Below, one piece after another: positions 52,623 to 64,000 of a DNA stretch of 64,000 bases; position 1 is the stretch's first letter; each line of letters starts with the position of its first letter. Origin of the DNA: Octopus sinensis (taxonomy: Eukaryota). The stretch spans positions 100,626,001 to 100,690,000 of the forward strand of contig NC_043002.1 in the NCBI RefSeq assembly GCF_006345805.1. The letters are read 5' to 3'. The notes under the pieces are model-generated. The model was not told the DNA's origin. It saw only the letters and a program-made list of their open reading frames with translations, and did not search any database. A program made the position numbers and the translations under genes.

Positions 52623-53059
52623 CAGGGCCCGATTAAGACCCATCGAGGCCCTAAGCACTTAAAAGATTTTGGTGCCCCCCTGTAAGATTATGTAATTCAA
52701 AATAGAAACAACAACAACAATCCATAAAATAATTTTTTTTATTTTTCAAAACGAAACAAAACAGTAAGAGGGAAAATAATGTTTATTTTTGTATACTTCC
52801 ACTTTATATTTGAAAAGTTTCCTCCTACTTTTTGGAATTGCAAAGTCTTTGATTAGATCCTCAAAATTAATTTTGGGTAACACATCTGCAACTATACTTA
52901 GCAGAGGTAAAGGCATCCCGAATATTATTTTAGCAAGTTTACAGTGATTTCTTTTGTACCGTGAACCATTTACCATTTCTATGGTGCCCCCTCCTTCCCT
53001 TGGTGCCCTAAGCGGCGCGTAGCACGTGCTTATTTTGCTTAACGGTTAATCCAGCACTG
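52623..53059 (-). mobile_element. Internally deleted hAT transposon
   Basis: TIRs cagggcccgattaa / ttaatccagcactg; degenerate 8-bp TSD tctgcaac / cctccaac; hATC-like C-terminal peptide LLSIVADVLPKINFEDLIKDFAIPKSRRKLF. Confidence 0.7.
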
Positions 53060-54530
53060 CCTCCAACACCGACCTCACTATGCCTACCACTATCAAGAAC
53101 ATCACTAACAGCATCAGCATTGACATCAACATCACGAACAACAGTAATAACGTTGCAGGCAAACAGTAACGCCCACACCAAAATTACTCCGAATAATACG
53201 ACCTACACACACACACACACCACACACACACACACACAACACACCACACACACACACAGATTCGCTTGATCACGCGATTACAAAATACTAAAATTCGTGT
53301 TGACTTCACATGTAAGACAATACTATCATTTACGAAACATACAGAGGACATAATAGCCAAAGGACAAACAGTAATTCTTAAAGCTTCCACCAACCTGAAA
53401 CTTGATCAAATTATTGAGAATTTGGCACTGGTGTACAAATGTTATATAACAATGACCACACTGTAGCCTTTGACTGAGGGCAATGACTCAGGAATTTCCC
53501 CTATGTGCGTGTGTGTGTGTTTGTGTGTGCCATTGTCAATTACCAGACAACATAAATTCTTCGTTTATTAAAATTATCATCACCTCCTCTAGAGGATGCA
53601 CCATAATTACAAAGGGACATTTGAGACCAGTTCCACTTGAGAAGGGGAGATAACATCAAGAATTAAAAATTCTCTGCAACTAACAAGCCATGAAAATCAG
53701 GGGCAGGTTTGTTGTTTGAAAATAAATGACCTGTTATGGATATGTGCTTCTGATTCAAATAGCCATCAACACTACGGCATTCGTCCGACTTTATCTCCAC
53801 CAGCGAAGGGACTTATACAAAAAAAGAGTAGAAAATATTTGTTGGCTGGGCAATTTGCATCTTATGATAATTTTGCTTGTCATTGCGTTACTTAGCCCGT
53901 CAGTAACGCTCTCACGTGATTAGAGAAAGAGAAAATAAGATGTCTGTGTTTGTATGTAAATATACTAATCAACCTATGCAATCTCCTCTCAGAGTTCCCT
54001 GTTCAACTATGACAAAAACAATTTTATTTTATTAACTAGCCTGAATTCAGGCTAAGTTTTTTTTTTTAGCTCAATGTGAATCGACAACAGATTAATTGAA
54101 CTGTTATAGAGTCGAGTTTCTGAAGATAAAACCTGCATGATACATCGCCCAGAATTTAATCCACAGCGAAGTTTGAGATAGTAACACAAGAAGTTGTTTC
54201 TCACTAAGTGTGAATTTGCTTCACTTCTCTACATAGATACATATATTTAAAAATTTAGAAACCAATAATTTATTAATGTATGACTGAAACAAGTAAAAGA
54301 GTAAAAGAGTGCATAAAAAAAGACAAGGTGGTCACGGATAGATTACATTTGATTATAAGTCTGGTCATTCAGGATTAACCTGGAACTAAACAACACCTAC
54401 AGAAACCTTAATGGAGACATTTGCTTTCTTTTGTTTTTGTTTTTTTTTTGGTCATGTCTGGAATGCTTTTGATCATATTGTCTGATTGGTCAAAGCTAAT
54501 CTAGAGCTAAACAACTACCACCTTTATACT

Positions 54531-54558
54531 AGTAGTAGTAGTGGTAGTAGTAGTAGTC

Positions 54559-54599
<41 letters not shown>

Positions 54600-54936
54600 T
54601 TTGCTGTAGTTTAGCTAGAATAGTAGTAGTAGTGGTAGTAGTAGTAGTAGTAGTCGTAGTAGTAGTAGTAGTTTTGCTGTAGTTTAGCTAGAATAGTAGT
54701 AGTAGTAGTAGTAGTAGTTTTGCTGTAGTTTAGCTAGAATAGTAGTAGTAGTGGGTAGTAGTAGTAGTAGTAGTAGTAGTTTTGCTGTAGTTTAGCTAGA
54801 ATAGTAGTAGTAGTAGTTTTGCTGTAGTTTAGCTAGAATAGTAGTAGTAGTAGTCGTAGTAGTAGTAGTAGTAGTTTTGCTGTAGTTTAGCTAGAATAGT
54901 AGTAGTAGTAGTAGTAGTTTTGCTGTAGTTTAGCTA

Positions 54937-54985
<49 letters not shown>

Positions 54986-55006
54986 TTTGCTGTAGTTTAG
55001 CTAGAA

Positions 55007-55051
<45 letters not shown>

Positions 55052-55066
55052 TAGTAGTAGTAGTAG
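54531..55066. repeat. (AGT)n microsatellite interrupted 8 times by tttgctgtagtttagctagaat
   Basis: Direct reading of the sequence. Confidence 0.9.
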
Positions 55067-55370
55067 TGCCTCATCACTATTACTATCATCACCAGTTATC
55101 TTTATTAATAGCAGCATCACCATCGCCACCATCATCACCACCACCACCATTAATATGAAAGATAAATACCTGCCTTCTCCTAGCCCCCCTCCCCCTCGGA
55201 ATTAAGTCAGTACTGATGACTATTGGGGGCGTGATATGTGCGTCTGTGTGTATACATATGTGCGCGCGTGTGTATGTGTGTGTGTGCGTGTATGTGTGTG
55301 TGTGTCTATGTATTTGTCCATAAGTGTCCATGGGTACATGTGTGTGAATATGTATATATTATATATATTT

Positions 55371-55421
<51 letters not shown>

Positions 55422-56344
55422 CGCGCGCGTCTGTGTGTGTTTATGTGTGTTTGTGTATGTATGTATATATGTGTATATACATATATAAATATATATATAA
55501 ATTTAAATATATATATATATATATATACGCGCGCGTCTGTGTGTGTTTACGTGTGTTTGTATATGTATGTATATATGTGTTTGTGTGTATATATATATAT
55601 ATTTATATATATATATGCGTGTGTTTGAGTAAATATCTATCTCTATATATGTGTGGTGTGTGTATGGTTATGTATGTATTACGTATATATTTCTATGTGG
55701 CTGCTTATTTATGTGTCTGTTTATGACTGTGTGTGTGTGTGTGTTAATAAATGCATATTTACACTGTTAATATACATTTCTAAAGTAATTATGTTGTTCC
55801 AGCTGCAGCTATTGATGCTTCCCCTTGTTGTTGTTGTTGTCGCTTGTCGCGTGTCCGCGTTGGATATTAACATTTATGACTGCAGGTGTCTGCATGTGCC
55901 TGGCTTACTTAATTATATGCTTCTTTCTCTCTCTCTCGCCTGTCTGACCGCCTCTTTGTCTGCTCAGGTGTATGCATGCGCCTGAATGTGAGTGTACGTG
56001 TGTGTGTGCGTGTGTGTTGAGTGTGTGTGTATGCGTGTGTGTGTGTGTGTATGTGTGTGGGTATGTGTGTGTGTATGTGTGTGTGTGTATGTGTGTGTGT
56101 GTCTGTGTGTGTATGTGTATGTGTGTATGTGTGTATGTGTGTGTGTGTGCGTGTGTATATGTGGGTGTGTATGTGTGTGTGTGCGTGTGTGTGTATGTGT
56201 GTGTGTATGTGTATGTGTGTGTGTGTGTGTGTATGTGTGTGTGTGTGGTGTGACCGTCTATAGTTCTGCTTAGGTGTGTGCATGAACGTGAATGTGTGTG
56301 TGTGTATTTATGAGAAGAATATATTTCTGTGCTTGTGTGAGTGC

Positions 56345-56384
<40 letters not shown>

Positions 56385-56678
56385 ACGTTTTCCAATGTCT
56401 AGCGAGGAGCGCTGTCGTCTTTGCAAACTGTAAGGCAAGCACGCTGCTCTGGTCTGGTGTGTGACTTGACCGTGACAAATACGAGTGGACAACAGTTTAA
56501 TAGGTGGACCCGAAAAATGCTGAAAATAGATGGCTGTTGATAATAAAGGCACTTTTGAGAATGAAAGGATTTGGATAATAGCACCATTTGAGGATACATT
56601 AATTGATATTAGAAGAGTAATAGTAATAGAGCTGTTTCTAGCAGAATGACAATTGATGATAATAATAATAATAATAAT

Positions 56679-56726
<48 letters not shown>

Positions 56727-56744
56727 TATTATTATTATTATTAT

Positions 56745-57282
56745 AATGCCCTGATGCAGTACCAGGCAGTGGCTCTCATGGCTTCTGATCTTGGAAGTGT
56801 TATCATGTACACTGTTTTGTCTTGGTATAAAAGATGGGCTACAGCATATATCCTGCTCAATACCACAGATTTGCTTGTCAGTTGTTTGACCATAACCAGT
56901 TGACCATGTCCCTTAGTGGCTGATGATATGTGTATCTCTGATCATGAGCAGAAGTAGTGGGGGAGCATCATGAGAGGGATTCTTTGGGGTTGGGATAATT
57001 CACCTTTGGAAACATGGATGGTTCATTCAACATCCTTAAACAATCCTTATTCAGGGACCCTTTGAGCAGGATGGGCTACTCGACCAGAAGAAAATTCTAA
57101 CTGGGCCCCAACTGCAAGGTCATGCGCTGTTTATCTTGATATGAGATCACCATGTCACGCACATATGGTTGTGATGCATGTACCTAGCGTACTCTTATCA
57201 GACGGGTAGTTATGATGGGTGTACTGGGCTTTGTATATTTTACCCCATGGTCACTTTGATGGCATGCACTGCTCTCTCACTC
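56745..57282. mobile_element. ~540-bp non-coding element inserted in a (TAA/TTA)n microsatellite, possibly Dong/R4-dependent
   Basis: Higher-complexity block bounded by (tat)n and (aat)n; no long ORF. The R4/Dong link is inferred only from the target type. Confidence 0.45.
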
Positions 57283-57286
57283 AATA

Positions 57287-57327
<41 letters not shown>

Positions 57328-58072
57328 AATAAAACTATTGATAATATTATAACTATTGATAATTGATAGATATTAACAAAAAGGTTATTGACAATGAAGG
57401 AACACTCATAATAGAAAGACGTTGTTAAAAATGCTGTTGATAATAATAGATGGTCGTTGATAATGGGACTTGGTAATAGCATTGTTGAAAAATATTAATA
57501 ATAGAAAGGTTGATGATAACAGGGCTGTTGGAAATAGAAGGACGTTGATAATAAAACACTTGATAATTCTATATTATAATAAAAAATATTATGGTAATAG
57601 GACTTTTCATAACAGAACGACTATTGGTAATGCTAAATCTGTTGATAATGAAGAATATTGAAATTAGATGATTGTTGATAATGATGGTCTGTTCATGAAA
57701 GAAGGACGCTGGTAATAAGACTGTTGCGAACAGGACTGTTGATACCAAGCATGATAACAGGAGGATTGGCTGTAATATATTGCAGACACATATCTGTTGG
57801 TAACAAAATGATTTGATAACAGTAAAACTGTTGATAGAACAAGTTTTGGCAATACAAGGTTGTTGACAAAAGACGAATATTGACTATGAAGGACTTGGTA
57901 ATAGAAATAGAATAGTCATACTATAAGGATATCAATGATGGACTTTATACCGTATTTCCCGGCGAATAAGACGGACTCTCACGTATGATGCAAAATATCA
58001 TTCAATAAGTGTATGATGAAATAGACAGAATTTGTTTTGTTCCTCAAAACAAACTTGTAAAATAGAGAGATG

Positions 58073-58118
<46 letters not shown>

Positions 58119-58194
58119 TCGCCATGATAGATCGTTAGTCACTACACACATATTTTTTCTTTCCTTGTTTCTCTACTTGTTTTTTCTGTGTCCC

Positions 58195-58228
58195 TTTCTG
58201 TAGAAGAGCGTAGGCTCGAAACGTAAAA
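58195..58228 (+). ncRNA. Hammerhead-like motif (CTGTAGA core) in a (TA)n-embedded element at ~58117-58324
   Basis: ttt CTGTAGA a gagc gtag gctc GAAA c GTA aaa; homologous to the 30515-30730 element. Confidence 0.45.
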
Positions 58229-58321
58229 TACTTTTTCTATTCCTGAGCGTTATACTAATACATCTGTTTGTTTTGTACACCACCTGCCTTCGTCTTTTAT
58301 TGTTTTTTTTTCGTAAACTCT

Positions 58322-58359
<38 letters not shown>

Positions 58360-58781
58360 ATCCCTCGCCTATCGCGGGTGTTGTTGAAAGGAATGTTAAT
58401 TTCATTTGGCTATCAGTCATTTGCAATGAGTGAATGACAACAGTATCCATAGCAGTGATACACCACCCTGGTGACCGAACACGGTTACAAAAAATACCAT
58501 AGTCAAAAACATGAGTTTCACATCCTCTATGGCAATTCTCTTGAGCTTAAAGCTGAAATACGATACTCGTATATCGGATAAATTTATGGTTTCATACTTT
58601 AATCCTGTATACTTCTACAATACTGTACTTACATGCAGAGAATCAGATACACAAATACATTGTATTTTCTATAATATATATTTGTTTTCTGTATTTTTTC
58701 TATTATATATGTATGTTTTTGTTGATTTTTGTTCTATAATATATATATTTGGTTTTTTGTTTTCTTTTGTTCTTTTTTCAG

Positions 58782-58879
58782 AAAAAGGAACATTTAATGT
58801 GTTGCGGGGTCGAACTTGGGACAAAGAGGCACAGGAATTCGTGAAGAGAAGAATCAAACTTGAAGAACAAGCATCGTGA
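58782..58879 (+). CDS. BAIAP3: BAIAP3-like last coding exon: (E)KGTFNVLRGRTWDKEAQEFVKRRIKLEEQAS*
   Basis: Long polypyrimidine tract + ttcag acceptor, phase 1, TGA stop. Matches the family C-terminal L.GR...KEAQEFVK motif. Confidence 0.9.
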
Positions 58880-59268
58880 AGACAACTAAGATGAAGAAAA
58901 GAAAATGATAGTTAAAAGAAAAATAATAAAAAATAAACAAAAACATACCAAACCAAACAACACAAATACAGAAGACAAGAAAAGCAGAATAACATCAAAG
59001 ACAATAACAAAAAGAAAATTAACCATCCAACAAAAACAAAAAATATAAGCCATTCCATTGACCAGTATTCCATGGATGACTCCGTGGAGCACTCCGTGTA
59101 TCATTCCGTGTACCATTCCATAGACCATAATATAGAACCTTGCATTTGTTCATTTTGTTCCTAGTATATCATATATAATCGTAAACATACCATGTGACAT
59201 GCTTCCCCTCCTCACCACCACGCCTTTTTTGTTACTATACAGTTGACACTGTGTCCTTGCCATTCATT

Positions 59269-59368
59269 NNNNNNNNNNNNNNNNNNNNNNNNNNNNNNNN
59301 NNNNNNNNNNNNNNNNNNNNNNNNNNNNNNNNNNNNNNNNNNNNNNNNNNNNNNNNNNNNNNNNNNNN
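59269..59368. other. Assembly gap (100 N)
   Basis: Run of N. Confidence 1.
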
Positions 59369-60062
59369 AAGAAGCCTGTCGTATATATGTATATATATAT
59401 ATATGTGTGTGTTTGTGTGGGTCTGTGTTGTTCCCCCTAGCATCGGATTGACCGATGCTGGTGTGTTTCCTCCGGTCACTTAGCGGTTCGGCAAAAAAGA
59501 GACCGATAGAATAAGTACTGGGCTTACAAAGAATAAGTCCCGGGGTCGAGTTGCTCGATTAAAGGCGGTGCTCCAGCATGGCCGCAGTCAAAATGACTGA
59601 AACAAGTAAAAGAGTAAAAGAGATAGATATACATGTAAATACACGCATATCTTCATGCGTCATATCTCAGGGGTTCTCGACCAACGTCCAGTTGACCCTT
59701 GGGTCCATATAAGATTTTGATGTTAAAATTTATGTGCAATAAACTGTTTGTACTTGTACAGTACACACCAAATTATAATTATTTGAATATAACGCCTCAT
59801 AATATTTAATTATAAAAATGTTGTAACATTTTTTTAAACACTGAATGGCTTTGAGGGTCCATCCATGTAACATAGGAATCAAGAGGGTTCACATAGGTGT
59901 AGGGGTGGCTCTGTGGTAAGTAGCTTGCTTACCAGCCACATGGTTCTGGGTTCAGTCCCACTGCGTGGCACCTTGGGCAAGTGTCTTCTACTATAGCCTC
60001 GCGCCGACCAAAGCTTTGTGAGTGGCTTTGGTAGACGGAAACGGTATACATATATACCTTCG

Positions 60063-60093
<31 letters not shown>

Positions 60094-61847
60094 GTATATA
60101 CATGTGTATGTGTATATGTTCGTGTGTCTGTGTTTGTTCCCCCAACATCGCTTGACAACCGATGCTGGTGTGTTTACGTCCCCGTCACTTAGCGGTTCGG
60201 CAAAAGAGACCGATAGAATATGTACTACGCTTACAGAGAATAAGCCTTGGGGTCGATTTGCTCGACTAAGGGCGGTGTTCCATCATGGCCACAGTCAAAT
60301 GACTGAAACAAGTAAAAGAGTAAAAGAGTATGCCTGAAAACGAACATAAATATGATGGTCATATTGTGAATCTCTGATTGTGTGTCTGCTGAATCAGATC
60401 TGACCTGGAATTAAACAAGAGCAAATTGCCAATGCAAGAGGTCCTATGTAGCCGTCTTTTTTTGCAAGAAATAACATCCAAGATATCTTCTCAAATCACA
60501 CTCTGCTATCTTTAAATAGAAAGGATATATTGAATATTGTAGATCTGGATACAATACTGAGTCCGCCAAAATAAAAAAAAAAATGTATACACACACCAAG
60601 AAAGGAAAAATCTGTATAAATATTTAACTTATATAAGTACCTCTATAAATATAAATACCTCTTTTGATGATTTATCAAATTGCGATAACACTGAATAAAT
60701 TGCAATAACACTGAATAAAAATATTTATACAGGGGAAAACCGATTAGAGCAGAGACTCCATCTAAGAATATCTGAAGAAGGAATTTTATTCCGAAATATC
60801 ATCGGACTATGGATAACTAAATTACAACAGGTGTATAGTCCATGTTTTGTATTATAGTGCATTGTTTTACCATTCTAAACTTTTTATTCTTTATATTTAT
60901 ACAGATTTTTTTTCCTTTACTGAAGTGTGTATACATTGTTTTGGCGGACTCTGTATGTCTGAACTATATATGAATCCTATAATCCTATACGTTGTGCGTA
61001 TAGTATTTTAGAAAATACCCATTAGTTGAGCAAATAGGTTTTTCAGAAAATTTAAATTTTTCTGAATATAGAAAATTAGTGTAACGGTTTCAGTAATGTG
61101 ATGGAGCTACAGTCAAGAAAACCAGTTCCAAACTGGTTTGGAAGCGGATTGAAATCGGTTCAAAGATTTCGTTTGCTAGAAACTTACCGAGTTTTTTTTT
61201 AGAATACTCGTTGTACCCAGTGTACAGGAACCTAAAGAAATTAGTTTGTTTATTTAATCCTTTCCTTTGTCTTGCATTTGATCGTACTCCCTACACGTAC
61301 AAATTTCACGCTCACACATATTTATACAAGTCTATATTTGTATGTATACACACAAAACCCGCGCATACGTACACACCCATGCACAAAAGTCATTTGGCGT
61401 TATCTTTTAATAAACGTACTTTTCAACTAAATGGTTCGCTACGTAGTATCTGTTATAAATTTAATGTCTCCTGGGAAATTAAGGCTTTGTTTCGGTTCAC
61501 GATTTCTCATATACATACATACATACATACATACATACATACATACATACATACATACGTGTGTGTGTGTGCGTGTGTGTGCGTGTGTGCGTGTGTGTGT
61601 ATGTGTGTGTGTGCATGTATGTATAAATACATGTATGTATGTATGTATGATGTATGTATAGAGGAAAATTTCAGTGCTTTAGTGTTTTGCTCCCTACATG
61701 CAACTCCCCGAGAACAGCGGCCATTAAGTTTTGCTTTTAATTTTCATTATTTTTTGTTTCTATCCACCCACCACAACTTTCTGTAGTTTTGAAATTATAT
61801 TTCTTTGTAGTGTCTGTTCGCTTATCTTTCAATTAAATATAATAGTA

Positions 61848-62405
61848 AACAAGAGGACTCAGAAAGCGCAAACCTCCACCAAGGCAACACCAACGTCCTC
61901 TCAACGATTTTTTAACATGAAAATATCCGAAATAAACTCGCCTGTTTATCACAAACGAGAATACTAAAATAAACCCGATTGCTCTCAAAAGTTAAGTGAA
62001 AAAAAAAACAGAAAGACAATACACAATCCTTGTCCGGTACCGCATCGATTCCAAAATCTAAACAGTTTGTGCCAGCAACAAGGCCAAACATCCTTGAAAG
62101 TTTCATCCGAATCGATCCAGCGGTTTTTGAGATATCTTGTCCACGGACAAACAAACAAATATATACGACTGAAAAACAATGCCTATTTCTTTATTACCCA
62201 CAGGGGGCTAAACACAGAGGGGACAAACAAGGACAGACATAGTTATTAAGTCGATTACATCGACCCCAGTGCGTAACTGGTACTTAATTTATCGACCCCG
62301 AAAGGATGAAAGGCAAAGTCGACCTCGGCGGAATTTGAACTCACAACGTAACGAGACGAAATACCGCTAAACAATACCTCCGCCTTCCCTAAGCTGGGGG
62401 TAATA
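61848..62405. mobile_element. Helentron/HINE-like non-autonomous element containing a SINE C copy (62184-62368, minus strand)
   Basis: Starts aacaagag; internal aaagtttcatccgaatcgatccagcggtttttgagatatc; (acaa)n; ends acctccgcc...gggggtaataa. SINE TSD aaacaat(g/a)cc. Confidence 0.55.
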
Positions 62406-63363
62406 AAAACTGCAAAAACAGTACTTACTCTGAAATAGGAGCATCTCAAATACTGCTGTTGACGAAATCGTCTGCAACGCACAAGCTTAAAATATATTTT
62501 AACTTAAATTTAGTAATTATTGTTTACTATATTATTCAGCGGTGGTGCCCCAGCATGGCCGCGGTCTTCGGGCTAAAACATTTTAAAGGATTTTAAGGAT
62601 TTATATTGTAAGAATTAAGCCTCCGGTAAATGAATTATATTATGTAGATCCGATTCACACTTGAAGCAAATTCTTTATGTTTATATTTTAATATGTGTGA
62701 AAAATCATCGAACAGAAAAACACTTACAAAAATTAACAATCTTCTCCCTTCAGAAACTGGTAGCCTTTTGCTTTCAGAGATTACTTATTGTATGCATTTC
62801 AAAAAGAGAAATTGGTACTTATTGTCTTTTGAAATTGCTTATTTCGTGCCTTCTGATTTGGGTAAAAATCTGTTCTTCCATAATTCATTTGACGATTAGA
62901 TATTCAAACAAAAGAGACGTTACGGCAAGACTAATATGTATTTAATTCTCCGTAAAAGCTATTTCACATAGCTTTCTTTTTGTTATTAGAGATTCTTAGA
63001 AAGGCATAGCTAGTAAAAAATCCACTTCTTTCTCCAAATATTTTGTGGATGTGTCTAAATGTGAATTTTATTTCATTGGCAGGTTTCATACTTTACCTCA
63101 ATATATAAGTCTAATTTAACTGGAAATAATATAAACATCACAGCATCACCATATGTTTCATATTTGTTCTGAATATCTCTGAAACTACGAAACAGGCTAA
63201 CGAAAGAAATAAACCTTTTTGTCGTATGGTACAATCGTTTCTTGATGAACTAGCTTCAAGTTAAAATTCTCTGGTGAAATAATTGTATTGGTGTTAAACT
63301 TGAATGTTTTCCTTGTTTTAGAGTAAGTCCTATTTTTGTGGCTACGTTGGGGCAACGTATATA

Positions 63364-63400
<37 letters not shown>

Positions 63401-63455
63401 GGTGAATTGAAGAAATGGAGCTGAACGCAGATTGAACAGAAATCGTTTTATTTCA

Positions 63456-63535
63456 TTCTACACGTGTTTCGAAAGGCACAAATTACCAAAATCCGATTGA
63501 ATAATGGGACCATATTGTGTCTTTCTCTTCAGGAA
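63456..63535 (-). ncRNA. Type I hammerhead ribozyme motif, intact core
   Basis: Minus strand: ttc CTGAAGA gaaagacacaa...ttgtgcctttc GAAA cacgtg TA gaa; 11-bp helix II (1 mismatch), palindromic helix III; lies between two (TA)n tracts. Confidence 0.65.
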
Positions 63536-63646
63536 GAAAATAGGAAATCCGTTGGAAAAACAAAAACAGAACCGAGGCGGAGCAAAAACAAATCGAACTA
63601 ATCTTTTGATTAATCTACTACAAGATTATTCATCTTTCTATTTCAC

Positions 63647-63761
<115 letters not shown>

Positions 63762-64000
63762 CGATGGGCTTCTACACAGTTTCCATCTATCTAATCTACT
63801 CACAAGTCGGTCCGGCCCTATAGTAGAAGATACTTGCCTAAGGTGCCCCGCGATAGGAATGAACCTAAAACCACGTTGTCGCAAAGTAAGCTTCTTAACC
63901 ACACGCCCATGCCTAATGAAATATATCACAGGACACATTTAGAAATCAAATTCATTTAAACTTAATTAATCTTGGTTTAAATTGATTTTGACATCAAGAT

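Noticed and set aside
54531-55066. CRISPR-like repeat/spacer pattern
   Set aside because: The spacers are only (AGT)n tracts.
55236-56726. Long ORFs (up to 273 aa) rich in HT/VC/YI
   Set aside because: Translations of (CA)n, (TA)n and (ATC)n microsatellites.
59060-59128. 12-bp periodic tccgtg motif in the presumptive 3' UTR / minus-strand ORF 58886-59128
   Set aside because: Short degenerate tandem repeat with no evidence of function or coding potential.

Overview
AT-rich, repeat-saturated animal genomic DNA; the SINE content suggests an Octopus/coleoid cephalopod (inference). The only supported protein-coding gene is the 3' part of a + strand BAIAP3/Munc13-4 (Unc13-family) gene. Seven GT-AG exons (237-353, 486-569, 2856-2937, 9695-9733, 16658-16781, 38390-38592, 58782-58879) splice in frame and encode the end of MHD2 plus the whole C2B domain. 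The introns hold three tRNA-type SINE families, non-autonomous Helitrons, a dead mariner, hAT/MITE remnants, CR1-like and RTE LINE fragments, mini- and microsatellites, and a 100-N gap. Three observations stand out. (1) About 8-10 minimal type I hammerhead-ribozyme-like motifs with palindromic helix III lie in small (TA)n-embedded, inverted-repeat-forming, Penelope/retrozyme-like elements; four cluster at 29.6-30.7 kb, and one element recurs circularly permuted with a 112-bp fold-back at 35.7 kb. (2) One SINE family has target-site duplications that all start with GGT(A/T), a motif present in its own head, which would explain its headless 184-bp tandem arrays. (3) Another SINE shares a covarying 3' stem-loop tail with the CR1-like LINE. 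All calls are by eye; no database search was run.
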